Of a stretch of DNA of 64,000 bases, positions 20,419-29,014 are shown one piece after another; the first letter of the stretch is position 1; every line of letters begins with the position of its first letter. The notes below the pieces were generated by a model. That model was not told the DNA's origin. It saw only the letters and a program-made list of their open reading frames with translations, and made no database searches. The translations under genes were made by a program, and so were the position numbers. The DNA is from an uncultured Thermoplasmata archaeon (GTDB lineage: Archaea > Thermoplasmatota > Thermoplasmata > Lutacidiplasmatales > UBA184): positions 4,531-68,530 of the forward strand of contig CAVVLW010000010.1 of the NCBI GenBank assembly GCA_963749205.1, in the 5' to 3' direction.

Positions 20419-21494
20419 ACCCCGCGACGCCTCCGGCCTCGACCTGAGCCATCGAAAAGCCGAGCACGTCAAGGTCGTTCTCGGACGCGACGTCGAGGGG
20501 CGGTACCGCTACTGGAACGACGTCCAGCTGGTCCATAAAGCGCTGCCCGAGGTCGACTTCGCCGAGATCGACCCGTCCGTCACGCTCCTCGGCCACCGGC
20601 TCGCGGCCCCGATCGTGATCACGGGCATGACCGGGGGCTTCCCGGACGCCGTCAAGATCAACGACAACCTGGCCCGCGCGGCGGCGGACGTGGGCGTCGC
20701 GATGGGCGTCGGGAGCGAACGCGCCGCGGTCCTCAAGGGGCAGTACCCCGAGAGCTACGCCACGGTCGCGCGTCACGCGGTTCCGCTCAAGTTCGCGAAC
20801 ATCGGGGCTCCCCAGATCATCCCCCAGGCGCCCGAACGACCGGGTCGTCGGGGCCGAGGAAGTGCGAGCGGCGATGGACCTCATTCACGCGGACGTGCTC
20901 GCGATCCATCTCAACTTCCTCCAAGAGATGGTGCAGCCCGAAGGCGACCGTCGCGCCCGCGGGTGCCTCCAGAAGATTGGCGAGCTCGCGCAACAGTTCC
21001 CGGTCCTCGTGAAGGAAACCGGGGCTGGGATCTCCCGGGAGGTGGCGGAAGGGCTGCGGGAGCGCAACGTACGTGCGTTCGACGTCAGCGGCACGGGGGG
21101 GACCTCGTTCGCTGCCGTGGAACACTACCGCGCGGTCGACCAGGGAGCGACGCGCGAGGCCCGTGTGGGCAAAACGTTCTGGGATTGGGGGATCCCTTCG
21201 CCCGTCTCGGTCCTCGAACTCGTCCCGCTCGGTCTCCCGGTCGTCGCGAGCGGAGGGATCCGTTCGGGCCTCGACGTCGCGCGGGCCGTCGCGCTCGGGG
21301 CGACCGCGGCGGGGACCGCGGGCGGAGTCCTGAAAGCTGCGTCGACCGGCTATGACGAGACCCGGCGCGAGCTCGAGACGCTCGTGCACGAGCTCAAGGT
21401 GGCGATGTTCCTCACCGGCTCCCGCACGCTCGACGACCTGCGACGGGCGCCGTACCTCGTGACGGGAGAGAGCCGACAATGGCTCCACCGGTAG
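20415..21494 (+). CDS. fni: type 2 (FMN-dependent) isopentenyl-diphosphate isomerase; two frame changes
   Basis: ATG at 20415 overlaps the ipk stop (ATGA). RKAEHVKV...ITGMTGG is in the frame of ORF 19091..21355. ETGAGIS, GGTSFAAVE and ASGGIRSG are in ORF 20862..21494. The shifts lie near 20440 and 20825. Confidence 0.85.
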
Positions 21495-23034
21495 GCGTCG
21501 TCGGTACCGCCCTCCCCCGAGGACGTTCACCGCGAGAAGCTCGACCGGGCGAAGTCGGGCCCGGCCGGCCCGCTCCCGTCCAACGTCGACTGGATCCGAA
21601 GCCTCCCGCCGGACGAACAGGTCCGGTTCGCGGGGTCGATCCGGCGGAAGCCGTCGCGCACACTCTCGGGGGTCGCGGTCGTCGCCGTCATGACGGCGCC
21701 CGCCCGCTGCCCGCACGGGCGTTGCACGTACTGTCCGGGAGGGGTGGAGAACGCGAGCCCCCAGAGCTACACGGGCGAGGAGCCGTCCGCCCTTCGCGGG
21801 GCTCAGTTCCACTGGGACTCGGCCGCGATCACCCGCCAGCGCATCGAGACGCTCGAAGCGATCGGGCATCCGACCTCCAAGGTCGAGGTGATCGTGATGG
21901 GGGGGACGTTCCCGGCGCGACCCCGAGCCTACCAGGAGGAGGTCCTGCACGGGATCTACGACGGGCTGAACGGCACGCCGAGCCCGTCCCTCGTCGAAGC
22001 CGTACGACGGAACGAGGTCGCCGCGCACCGGATGGTCGGGCTCACCGTCGAGACGCGCCCGGACTGGTGCGACGCGCGGGTGCTGCCGTTCCTGCTCGAG
22101 GCGGGAGTGACCCGAGTGGAGGTCGGTGTGGAGTGCCTCCACGACGAGGTCCTCACGGCGGTCGGCCGGGCGCACGATGCCGGGGACGTGGCGCGGGCGA
22201 CCCGCGAGGCGCGCGACCGGGGCCTCAAGGTCTGCTACCATCTCATGATCGGCCTCCCTGGAATGGACCCCACCTCCGACCTCGCTGACTTCCGACGTCT
22301 GTGGGAGGAGCCCGACTTCCGGCCCGACCTGCTCAAGATCTACCCGACGCTGGTGCTCCCCGGCACCCCGCTCTACGACGACTGGAAGGCGGGGCGCTAC
22401 GCACCCTACGACACACCCACGGCGGTTGAGGTCCTCGCCGAGATGAAACGGATCGTCCCCGCGTGGGTCCGGATCCAGCGGATCCAGCGGGACATCCCTT
22501 CCCGCCTCGTCGCCGCCGGGGTCCGAGCGAGCAACGTCCGCCAGAAGGCCGTGGCCCGGCTCCGGGCGGGGGGAGCGGATTGCCGATGCCTGCGGTGCCG
22601 CGAAGCGGGCCGACGGGCGACCCCCCCCTTCGATGCGTTCCACCTCCATCGGACCGAGTATGCGGCGAACGGGGGCCGAGAAGTGTTCTACGTCTGGGAG
22701 GACGGAACGACCGACTCGGTGGCGGGGTTCCTTCGACTGCGGTTCCCTTCCCCGAACACGACGGGGGGACTGGCCGAGCCGGTGATCCGGGAGCTCAAGG
22801 TCGTCGGGAGCGAGGTCGCCGTCGGGACCCCCGCCGGTCGGCCGACCGCCTACCAGCATCGTGGGTTCGGAAGCTCACTGCTGGGCGCGGCCGAAACCGA
22901 GGTCCGGGACCAGGGCTTCTCCGGACTATACGTCACGAGCGCGGTTGGGACGCGCGAGTACCTACCGGGCTCACGGCTACGAGCGTGCCGGCCCGCACAT
23001 GAGGAAACCCCTCTGCACCCCACGCAACGACTGA
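21479..23034 (+). CDS. elp3: Elp3-type radical SAM/GNAT tRNA modification enzyme; two frame changes
   Basis: ATG at 21479 shifts at the C-run 21510-21518 into the frame of ORF 21690..23090, which carries CPHGRCTYCPGG and QHRGFG. A last shift near 22960 gives YRAHGYERAGPHMRKPL and TGA at 23032-23034. Confidence 0.85.
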
Positions 23035-23053
23035 CGGGCGGCCGGACGCCTCG

Positions 23054-23062
23054 CACGGTCGC
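23054..23062. repeat. target-site duplication, left copy (CACGGTCGC)
   Basis: An identical 9-mer flanks the other end of the IS at 24196..24204. Confidence 0.8.
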
Positions 23063-24195
23063 GAGGTTGACTGAGAAATCCTCGGCCTAACGAGCAGTTC
23101 TCGTGGAAGCTCTCGAAGAAGAGGGGGCCTCCGCGACCGACTGGTTGTGTACGCCACCGACCACGGAGGGGGCCTTGCGGCCCGAGCTTCGCCACAACCC
23201 GACCGAACGAAATACCCATCGGCCCCGGAGCATCGGTTCCGACGGATCGATTGGGCCCGTTACCGTCGATTCCTCCGTCACGGTTGGAGGCCCCTCCTCA
23301 CTCTCCTCCGCCGACTCGTCCGCGACCTCCCCACCCCCTACTCCATTCGCCCTCCCGGCACCCGAGGACGGCCCCCGACCGATCCCCGCGATGTCGTCCG
23401 ATTTCTCCTCCTCCGCGCGCTCGAGGGGTGGTCCTATGACGAGACCCACGCCACCCTCGCCGCCGGTACCGACTTTCGCCGTCGACTCGGATTCCGTCAC
23501 CTCCCGGCGGCGCCCACGGTCGCCGCCCTCGCTTCCCGAGTGCCCCCACCGTATCTCGAGCGACTGATCGCCGAACTCGGCCGTCGATGCGCTCCCCGTC
23601 CTCTCCACCTCGCGGGCGATGGTACCGGCCTCTCCACCCGTCGCTTTGAGCGGTGGATCGCCGCGCGAACCCCCTCGGGCCACCGCCACACCTTCGTGAA
23701 GCTCCACGCCCTCGTGTCGACCCGCGCCCAGTTCCCCCTCTTCTACGCCGCCCACGTCACCGACCCGTACACCAACGACAGCACCGAGCTCGGGAGCCTC
23801 CTCCATCAACTCCCTCCCGACCTCTCCCTCGGCAATGTCGCTCTGGACCGAGGATACATCGGCAAGCGCAACGCCCAGGCGATCGCGGATCGGGGAGGTC
23901 GGCCGGTGATCGCGCTGAAAGAGACCATTCAGACCACCACGACCCCCGACGGATGCCCGGCGTGGAAGACGATGGTCGTCGATCAGCTCACCCATCGACG
24001 GGAGTTCCGATGCAGGTATCGACGTCGGGCAGTGATCGAGGGGGTATTCGGAGCGTTCAAGGAACGGTTCGGTGCGACCCTCCGCTCCCGCCGAGCCCTC
24101 ACCCAACGCGTGGAGATCCTCAGCCGAGTGATCGTGTGGAATGCCCTCGCCGTCACCTACCACCAAAGCTGATGGATGGTTTCTCAGTCAACCTC
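23063..24195 (+). mobile_element. intact IS element (IS4/IS5-superfamily, 1133 bp) with perfect 16-bp terminal inverted repeats and a 9-bp target-site duplication
   Basis: The left inverted repeat GAGGTTGACTGAGAAA at 23063-23078 is the exact reverse complement of 24180-24195. The element is flanked by direct CACGGTCGC copies and carries a single transposase ORF. Confidence 0.85.
23147..24172 (+). CDS. DDE transposase (IS4/IS5 superfamily)
   Basis: Track ORF 23147..24172 is intact. It has LAGDGTG, ALDRGY and a YRRRAVIEGVFGAFK (YREK-like) signature. Confidence 0.85.
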   Translation: MYATDHGGGLAARASPQPDRTKYPSAPEHRFRRIDWARYRRFLRHGWRPLLTLLRRLVRDLPTPYSIRPPGTRGRPPTDPRDVVRFLLLRALEGWSYDETHATLAAGTDFRRRLGFRHLPAAPTVAALASRVPPPYLERLIAELGRRCAPRPLHLAGDGTGLSTRRFERWIAARTPSGHRHTFVKLHALVSTRAQFPLFYAAHVTDPYTNDSTELGSLLHQLPPDLSLGNVALDRGYIGKRNAQAIADRGGRPVIALKETIQTTTTPDGCPAWKTMVVDQLTHRREFRCRYRRRAVIEGVFGAFKERFGATLRSRRALTQRVEILSRVIVWNALAVTYHQS

Positions 24196-24204
24196 CACGG
24201 TCGC
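24196..24204. repeat. target-site duplication, right copy (CACGGTCGC)
   Basis: It matches 23054..23062 exactly. Confidence 0.8.
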
Positions 24205-24210
24205 GCAACC

Positions 24211-24218
24211 GTTAAACC
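24211..24218 (+). promoter_or_regulatory. candidate TATA-like element of the SAM synthetase gene
   Basis: GTTAAACC lies about 36 nt upstream of ATG 24251 and only 7 nt from the IS target duplication. Confidence 0.3.
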
Positions 24219-24250
24219 CAACCCGCACTCCGCCGACCGAAGTGACCTCG

Positions 24251-25447
24251 ATGGCCCGCAATTTCCAGGTGGAGCCGCTCCGGACCGTCCATATCGAAGA
24301 CCAAATGGTCGAAATGGTCGAACGCAAGGGGCTCGGCCACCCCGACTCGATCGCCGACGGGGTCTCCGAGTCGGTCAGCCAGGCGCTCTGCCGCCTCTAC
24401 CTCGACGAGTTCGGCCACATCCTGCACCACAATACCGACGAGACCCAGGTCGTCGGGGGCGCCTCGGAGCCGAAGTTCGGGGGCGGAAAGGTCACGAAGC
24501 CGATCTACATGCTCCTGGTCGGACGCGCCACCTCCGAGGTCAACGGCGAGAAGCTCCCGATCCACGATACCTCGATCGAGGCGGCCCGGAAGTACGTCCG
24601 GTCCGTCTGCGCCCACATCGACGTCGACAAGCACGTGGAGTTCGACTCCCGCATCGGCCAAGGGTCGGTCGACCTGCGCGGCGTCTTCGAGCAGAAGAAC
24701 GTCCTCTCGAACGACACGTCGTTCGGCGTCGGGTTCGCTCCCCTCTCCGACCTCGAGCGGCTCGTGCTGGAGAGCGAGCACTTCCTCACGTTGAAGCTCA
24801 AGAAGAAACTCCCTGCCCTCGGCGAGGACGTCAAGGTCATGGGCTACCGCCAGGGGAACCGGATCCACCTTACGGTCGCGGCCGCCCTGGTCGATAGCGA
24901 GGTCGCGAACCCGAGGGAGTACCGGGCGGTGTGCGACCAGATCGGGGAGAACCTCGCCGACCAGGCGGCGAAGTTGACCCAGCGCGAGGTCGCGATCGAC
25001 GTCAACACCGCGGACGACCCCGAGCTCGGCCGGTTCTACCTGACCGTCACCGGCTGCTCGATGGAGGCGGGGGACGACGGCTCCGTCGGACGGGGGAATC
25101 GCGCGAACGGGCTCATCACCCCGTGCCGCCCGATGAGCCTCGAAGCGTCGGCGGGCAAGAACCCCGTGAACCACGTCGGGAAGATCTACAACATCCTCGG
25201 GAACCTGATCGCGAACGACATCGTCAAGGAGACCGGCGGGAACGTCAAGGAGGTCCACGTCCGCATCCTCTCCCAGATCGGCAAACCGGTGGACCAGCCC
25301 CAGGTCGCGGGCCTCCAGATCCTCCCCGCGGACGGCGTCAAGCTCTCCTCGGTCAAGTCGAAGGCGGAAGCCGTGGCGAACAGCTGGTTCGACCAGATCG
25401 ACTCGATCCCCCGGCGGCTCTTGACCGGGAAGCTGACGGTCTTCTGA
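24251..25447 (+). CDS. metK: archaeal-type S-adenosylmethionine synthetase
   Basis: Track ORF 24176..25447. The real start is ATG at 24251 ([10 protein letters not shown]), because the upstream codons lie inside the IS end. It has [11 protein letters not shown] and [13 protein letters not shown], and it is intact. Confidence 0.92.
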   Translation: MARNFQVEPLRTVHIEDQMVEMVERKGLGHPDSIADGVSESVSQALCRLYLDEFGHILHHNTDETQVVGGASEPKFGGGKVTKPIYMLLVGRATSEVNGEKLPIHDTSIEAARKYVRSVCAHIDVDKHVEFDSRIGQGSVDLRGVFEQKNVLSNDTSFGVGFAPLSDLERLVLESEHFLTLKLKKKLPALGEDVKVMGYRQGNRIHLTVAAALVDSEVANPREYRAVCDQIGENLADQAAKLTQREVAIDVNTADDPELGRFYLTVTGCSMEAGDDGSVGRGNRANGLITPCRPMSLEASAGKNPVNHVGKIYNILGNLIANDIVKETGGNVKEVHVRILSQIGKPVDQPQVAGLQILPADGVKLSSVKSKAEAVANSWFDQIDSIPRRLLTGKLTVF

Positions 25448-25610
25448 GAGGAACTGCGGCAGCCCCCTTCGCGGGGGGCCTGCTGCGCTCCGGCCCGCCG
25501 GCGGGGCCGCCGCGGCGCGAAGCGTCGGACTAAATACCCGTTGCTTCCACATACTCCGTGGTCCCTCCGCCGAGGCTTTCGGGAGGTCGGACTGCGAGGC
25601 ACGAGGACGC

Positions 25611-26567
25611 GTGGCGACGGAGCAGGTCTACCTCCTTCTGTTCGGGGTAATCGTCCTCGTCATCGTCTTCGTCGCGGTCCTCTTGTTCGCGATCCAGCGG
25701 CTTCGACGCCGGAGGGCTCAGCTCATCAGCGAGTTGAACCGGTCTCCCCGGCTCGACGCGGACCGTGCCTTCAACCGCCTCGAGATGGCCCGTCGCGAGG
25801 CGGACATCGTTGCGAGACAGGGGACCGACGTCACCCGCGCTCGCGAGATGGTCGCACAGTCGCAGTCAGCCCTCGACCTCCGCCAGTTCGACCGCGCCTA
25901 CGAGCTCGCCCAGTCCGCCCATGAGTCCCTGGTCGCCGTACGACACGGTAGGACTTCGACCCCACCGGTTTCCACCGCGGAGCCCATGAGCCCCCGGTCG
26001 GGTCCCCGCGCAGCGCCCGGCCCGGTCGTCTTCCCTACGTCGTCCCCCTCCTCACTCGCTCCCCAATCCACCGGTGACTCGTCACCACTGCCAACGGCCC
26101 CCTCGGCTGGCCTCCCACGCAACAGGGTGGAGTCCCAGTTCGAGATGCGGCTGCTCGACCTCGACCTCGCGACGGCGAAGAAGAACCGCCCTTCCGACCC
26201 GGGGACCCTCGCGGGGGTCGACTTCCAGAGCAAGGCGCAAACCGCCTACGACGCGGGGCAGTACACCGAAGCGTTTCGATTCGCCCTCAAGGGACGGCGG
26301 GGGCTGGGAGGGAACGTCGAGACCGTCGCCCCGGGGCCAGCCACGCGGGGGCCTGACGTACCCGTCGGCCCCCTCGACCCCGCCCAGGCCGCCGAGAGCG
26401 CCGCCAGCGCCGCGCGTTGCCCGAGCTGCGGCTATCCAACCACTCCGGAGGATGTCTTCTGTCGTGGGTGCGGGGCTCCGCGGACCTCGAGCGCGTGCCC
26501 CCGCTGCGGGACGCCGCGGACCCCGAACGACACGTTCTGCGGCCGCTGCGGCGAGCGGTTCAGTTAG
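25611..26567 (+). CDS. membrane-anchored protein with a helical middle part and a C-terminal double zinc ribbon
   Basis: Track ORF 25611..26567 is intact. It has an N-terminal TM helix, a Pro/Ser linker, and CPSCG...CRGCG...CPRCG...CGRCG at the C-terminus. Confidence 0.7.
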   Translation: MATEQVYLLLFGVIVLVIVFVAVLLFAIQRLRRRRAQLISELNRSPRLDADRAFNRLEMARREADIVARQGTDVTRAREMVAQSQSALDLRQFDRAYELAQSAHESLVAVRHGRTSTPPVSTAEPMSPRSGPRAAPGPVVFPTSSPSSLAPQSTGDSSPLPTAPSAGLPRNRVESQFEMRLLDLDLATAKKNRPSDPGTLAGVDFQSKAQTAYDAGQYTEAFRFALKGRRGLGGNVETVAPGPATRGPDVPVGPLDPAQAAESAASAARCPSCGYPTTPEDVFCRGCGAPRTSSACPRCGTPRTPNDTFCGRCGERFS

Positions 26568-27810
26568 CTTCCGGGGCGTGCTCGGGCGGCCGGTCGGTCA
26601 GCCACTCGTCCAGTCGGCGCTGGGTCCGGGCGTCGTGGAGCACCGCACTCGCCTTGAGCCAACGCTCGAGCGGAATGGCGAACGTTGAACCGATCGCCAT
26701 CGAAAGCTCGGAGAGAGTCCCGAACCTCTCGGGAGGGCGTTGGAGGGCCGCCCGTACGTGCTCCCGAACATTCCAAACGCCGAGGGGGAGAATCTCCCCC
26801 GGGTGCACCTCCCGCAGCACGACCACGCCGCCCTGCCGCCCGGTGGCGAGGAGGGCCTCGCTCGTGGCGAGGCGGGCGGCGTAGTAGCAGCCGCCGATCG
26901 AAGCGTACGTCGTACGTCCCCCGTTCCCCTCGTGGTCGCCCATGATCACGATGTTCGTGGTGTTCGGGTTCCACAGGGTGTTCGGATACCAGGCCTCGAT
27001 CGATTCGTACCGGTAGGCTCCGGGAAGGAAGGCGATCAGCCATCGGTTGTCGAGCGCCGTCAGGCGGTGGACCCGGATCTCCGATAGCTCGGGAAGGAGG
27101 CGAACGCGCTCCAGGTTCTGCTTCGAGAGGAGGTCGTCCACCGCGGTGATGCTCCAGCGCGTGGGCACCAGCCGGCGCCGACCGTGTCGCCCGAGGGTGC
27201 CCACGCTGAACGCTCGCTGGATCCGGCTCACGCGGACCCCGCGGTGATAGAGTTCACCGACCGCGACCCGCGCGTTCGCGTCCGTGTCCGACGAGAGCCG
27301 GTCGAGATGTGGGTCGACCCGCCGCACGTCGAGCCGAAATCGCTCGATCGGCGCGGACGGCCCGAACGGCGGAGTGGAGTCGGAGAGCGCGAGGTGACCC
27401 CGTGGGGGGCGGCGGAACCGGGTCTCGCTCTCCGCCGACTCGGCGGCGATTCCCAGGAGCTGAAGGTCCTGGAGGAGGCGGATCGGTCGCTCGGCGTCCG
27501 TGACCCGGATCGGGGCGGTCCCCCGCACCAGATCCGGTCCGGAACGACACCACCTCGGAGACCGACCGGCCGACCCAATCCTCCGGGCTATCGAGCAGTT
27601 CGGTTGAGCCGTGGACCGGACTGAGGAGCGGGTCCGAACGAGACCTTGGGATACCCGTACCGGCCGACGAACACACCGGGCGGGGAACTCCCGGAAAGGT
27701 CGTTCCCTGCGACCAGCGGGAGGGACCGTTCGAAGCGCGTGGTACTTGACGAGGATCGGGCAGACGGGCTTTCCGCAGAGGAGTTGCGCGGACCGACAGC
27801 GGATGCACAT
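26560..27810 (-). CDS. nreA: NreA-family DNA repair protein; at least three frame changes in the first third
   Basis: Track ORF 26560..27810 opens MCIRCRSAQLLCGKPVCPIL. SSPPGVFVGRYGYPKVSFGP and DSPEDWVGRSVSEVVSFR are in other frames between 27500 and 27720. The C-terminal two thirds are in frame (TRWSITAVDD, GGCYYAARL, LPLGVWNVRE). Confidence 0.8.
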   Translation of the reverse strand: MCIRCRSAQLLCGKPVCPILVKYHALRTVPPAGRRERPFREFPARCVRRPVRVSQGLVRTRSSVRSTAQPNCSIARRIGSAGRSPRWCRSGPDLVRGTAPIRVTDAERPIRLLQDLQLLGIAAESAESETRFRRPPRGHLALSDSTPPFGPSAPIERFRLDVRRVDPHLDRLSSDTDANARVAVGELYHRGVRVSRIQRAFSVGTLGRHGRRRLVPTRWSITAVDDLLSKQNLERVRLLPELSEIRVHRLTALDNRWLIAFLPGAYRYESIEAWYPNTLWNPNTTNIVIMGDHEGNGGRTTYASIGGCYYAARLATSEALLATGRQGGVVVLREVHPGEILPLGVWNVREHVRAALQRPPERFGTLSELSMAIGSTFAIPLERWLKASAVLHDARTQRRLDEWLTDRPPEHAPEAN

Positions 27811-28002
27811 CGTCGGGTCCTCGCGGAGGCCGGGAATGCTCCAAGAGAGCGACTCCAGGGGGGCGATTACCGGGGAGCGGCGATTCCGCCGACGACTGCG
27901 CCATGGGGCTCAACCGAGCCAGAGCGCGCGGGGTTGAATACCTCGCTCGAGAGGTCGCGAAACACCCGCCGAGGCTTCGCTCGAAGGACTCGGCCCACGC
28001 GC

Positions 28003-28010
28003 TCAAATAG
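28003..28010 (+). promoter_or_regulatory. candidate TATA box for tRNA-Pro
   Basis: TCAAATAG is centred about 30 nt upstream of the tRNA 5' end. Confidence 0.4.
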
Positions 28011-28036
28011 CGGGGTGGGGTCGCCGACCCCTGTCT

Positions 28037-28111
28037 GGGACTGTGGGGTAGCTTGGTCCATCCTTCGGGGTTCGGGACTCCGAGACGCCAGTTCAAATCT
28101 GGCCAGTCCCA
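28037..28111 (+). tRNA. tRNA-Pro (anticodon CGG)
   Basis: Folded by hand. The acceptor stem GGGACTG/CAGTCCC is 7 bp. The anticodon stem is CGGGG/CTCCG with loop TTCGGGA. The T arm is GCCAG-TTCAAAT-CTGGC. The discriminator is A and no CCA is encoded. Confidence 0.9.
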
Positions 28112-28167
28112 TTGCCGCCCGCGCACCAAGGGCGGTGGTCGCGCTGGGGAGTCGGCCTGTACCTTCC

Positions 28168-28839
28168 CTAGATCTTCCGGGTGAAGGCGCGCATCGCCTT
28201 CCCGCCGTTCTTCAGCACCGGCCCGCCGTGATAGGTCAGGAGCGAATCGACCGAGAGTTGGTTCATCCGGCGGGCCGAGATCAGCGCGGTGGGGCTGTGG
28301 TGGGTGAACTCGGGGAGGGTGAGGAGGACCTTCTCTCCTTCCGCCCGAAGAACAGGTCGCCCGAGAAGAGGAGTTTGCGCTCCGGTTGGTAGTACGAAGT
28401 GTGTCCGGGCGTGTGCACCGGGGGTGTGGTAGGCGATCAATCCTCCCGCGGCATCGATCGGGTCGCCGTCCTTGAACGTCTCGTCCACGGTGAACGGCTC
28501 GGCAGGGGGGGTGCCCGGACCGTCGTACACCGGGTCGCACGCGATGAAGGCAGCTTCGATCCAGTGGGCGTAGGTCTTCGCATGGGTCCGATTCGCGAGG
28601 GGCTTCAAGGACCCGACGTGGTCCCGGTGGAGGTGCGTGAGGAGGATCTTCTTGACCGAGGTCGGTTCGACCTTCAACAGGGCCAGGTACCTCTCGACCG
28701 CCGCATGGGCGCCTGGGAGTCCGGTGTCGATCAGGGTCCAGGTCGAGCCCTTGTCCTTCACGAGGTAGACGTGCGTCGAGAAGTCGGGGCTGGGGTCAAT
28801 CCCATCGATCAGATGTACTCCGGGAAGGATTTCCGTCAT
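28168..28839 (-). CDS. MBL-fold metallo-hydrolase; two compensating frame changes near 28330-28400
   Basis: Track ORF 28168..28839 has THLHRDHVG. The HTPGHTSYYQPERKLLFSGDLFFGRKE segment is readable only in the frame of ORF 27254..28540. Confidence 0.8.
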   Translation of the reverse strand: MTEILPGVHLIDGIDPSPDFSTHVYLVKDKGSTWTLIDTGLPGAHAAVERYLALLKVEPTSVKKILLTHLHRDHVGSLKPLANRTHAKTYAHWIEAAFIACDPVYDGPGTPPAEPFTVDETFKDGDPIDAAGGLIAYHTPGAHARTHFVLPTGAQTPLLGRPVLRAEGEKVLLTLPEFTHHSPTALISARRMNQLSVDSLLTYHGGPVLKNGGKAMRAFTRKI

Positions 28840-28980
28840 TCGCCACCTATCCGCGGGCTAGGTCCATTCGCATAAATCGCATTCGGCCGGGGCTGCTCGG
28901 CAGGGCCGCCGAAGTTCCGGTCGCGCTTCGAAACCCGGGTCTGTCACGCCGTAGCTTGGGTTATTCGTAACGGGAGTTGG

Positions 28981-28990
28981 TTTGATATAC
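28981..28990 (+). promoter_or_regulatory. strong TATA-like box of the S-layer-like gene; the spacing implies a leaderless or near-leaderless mRNA
   Basis: TTTGATATAC is centred about 29 nt upstream of ATG 29015. Confidence 0.45.
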
Positions 28991-29014
28991 AGGGTCATAC
29001 GAAGGGCCACTCCG

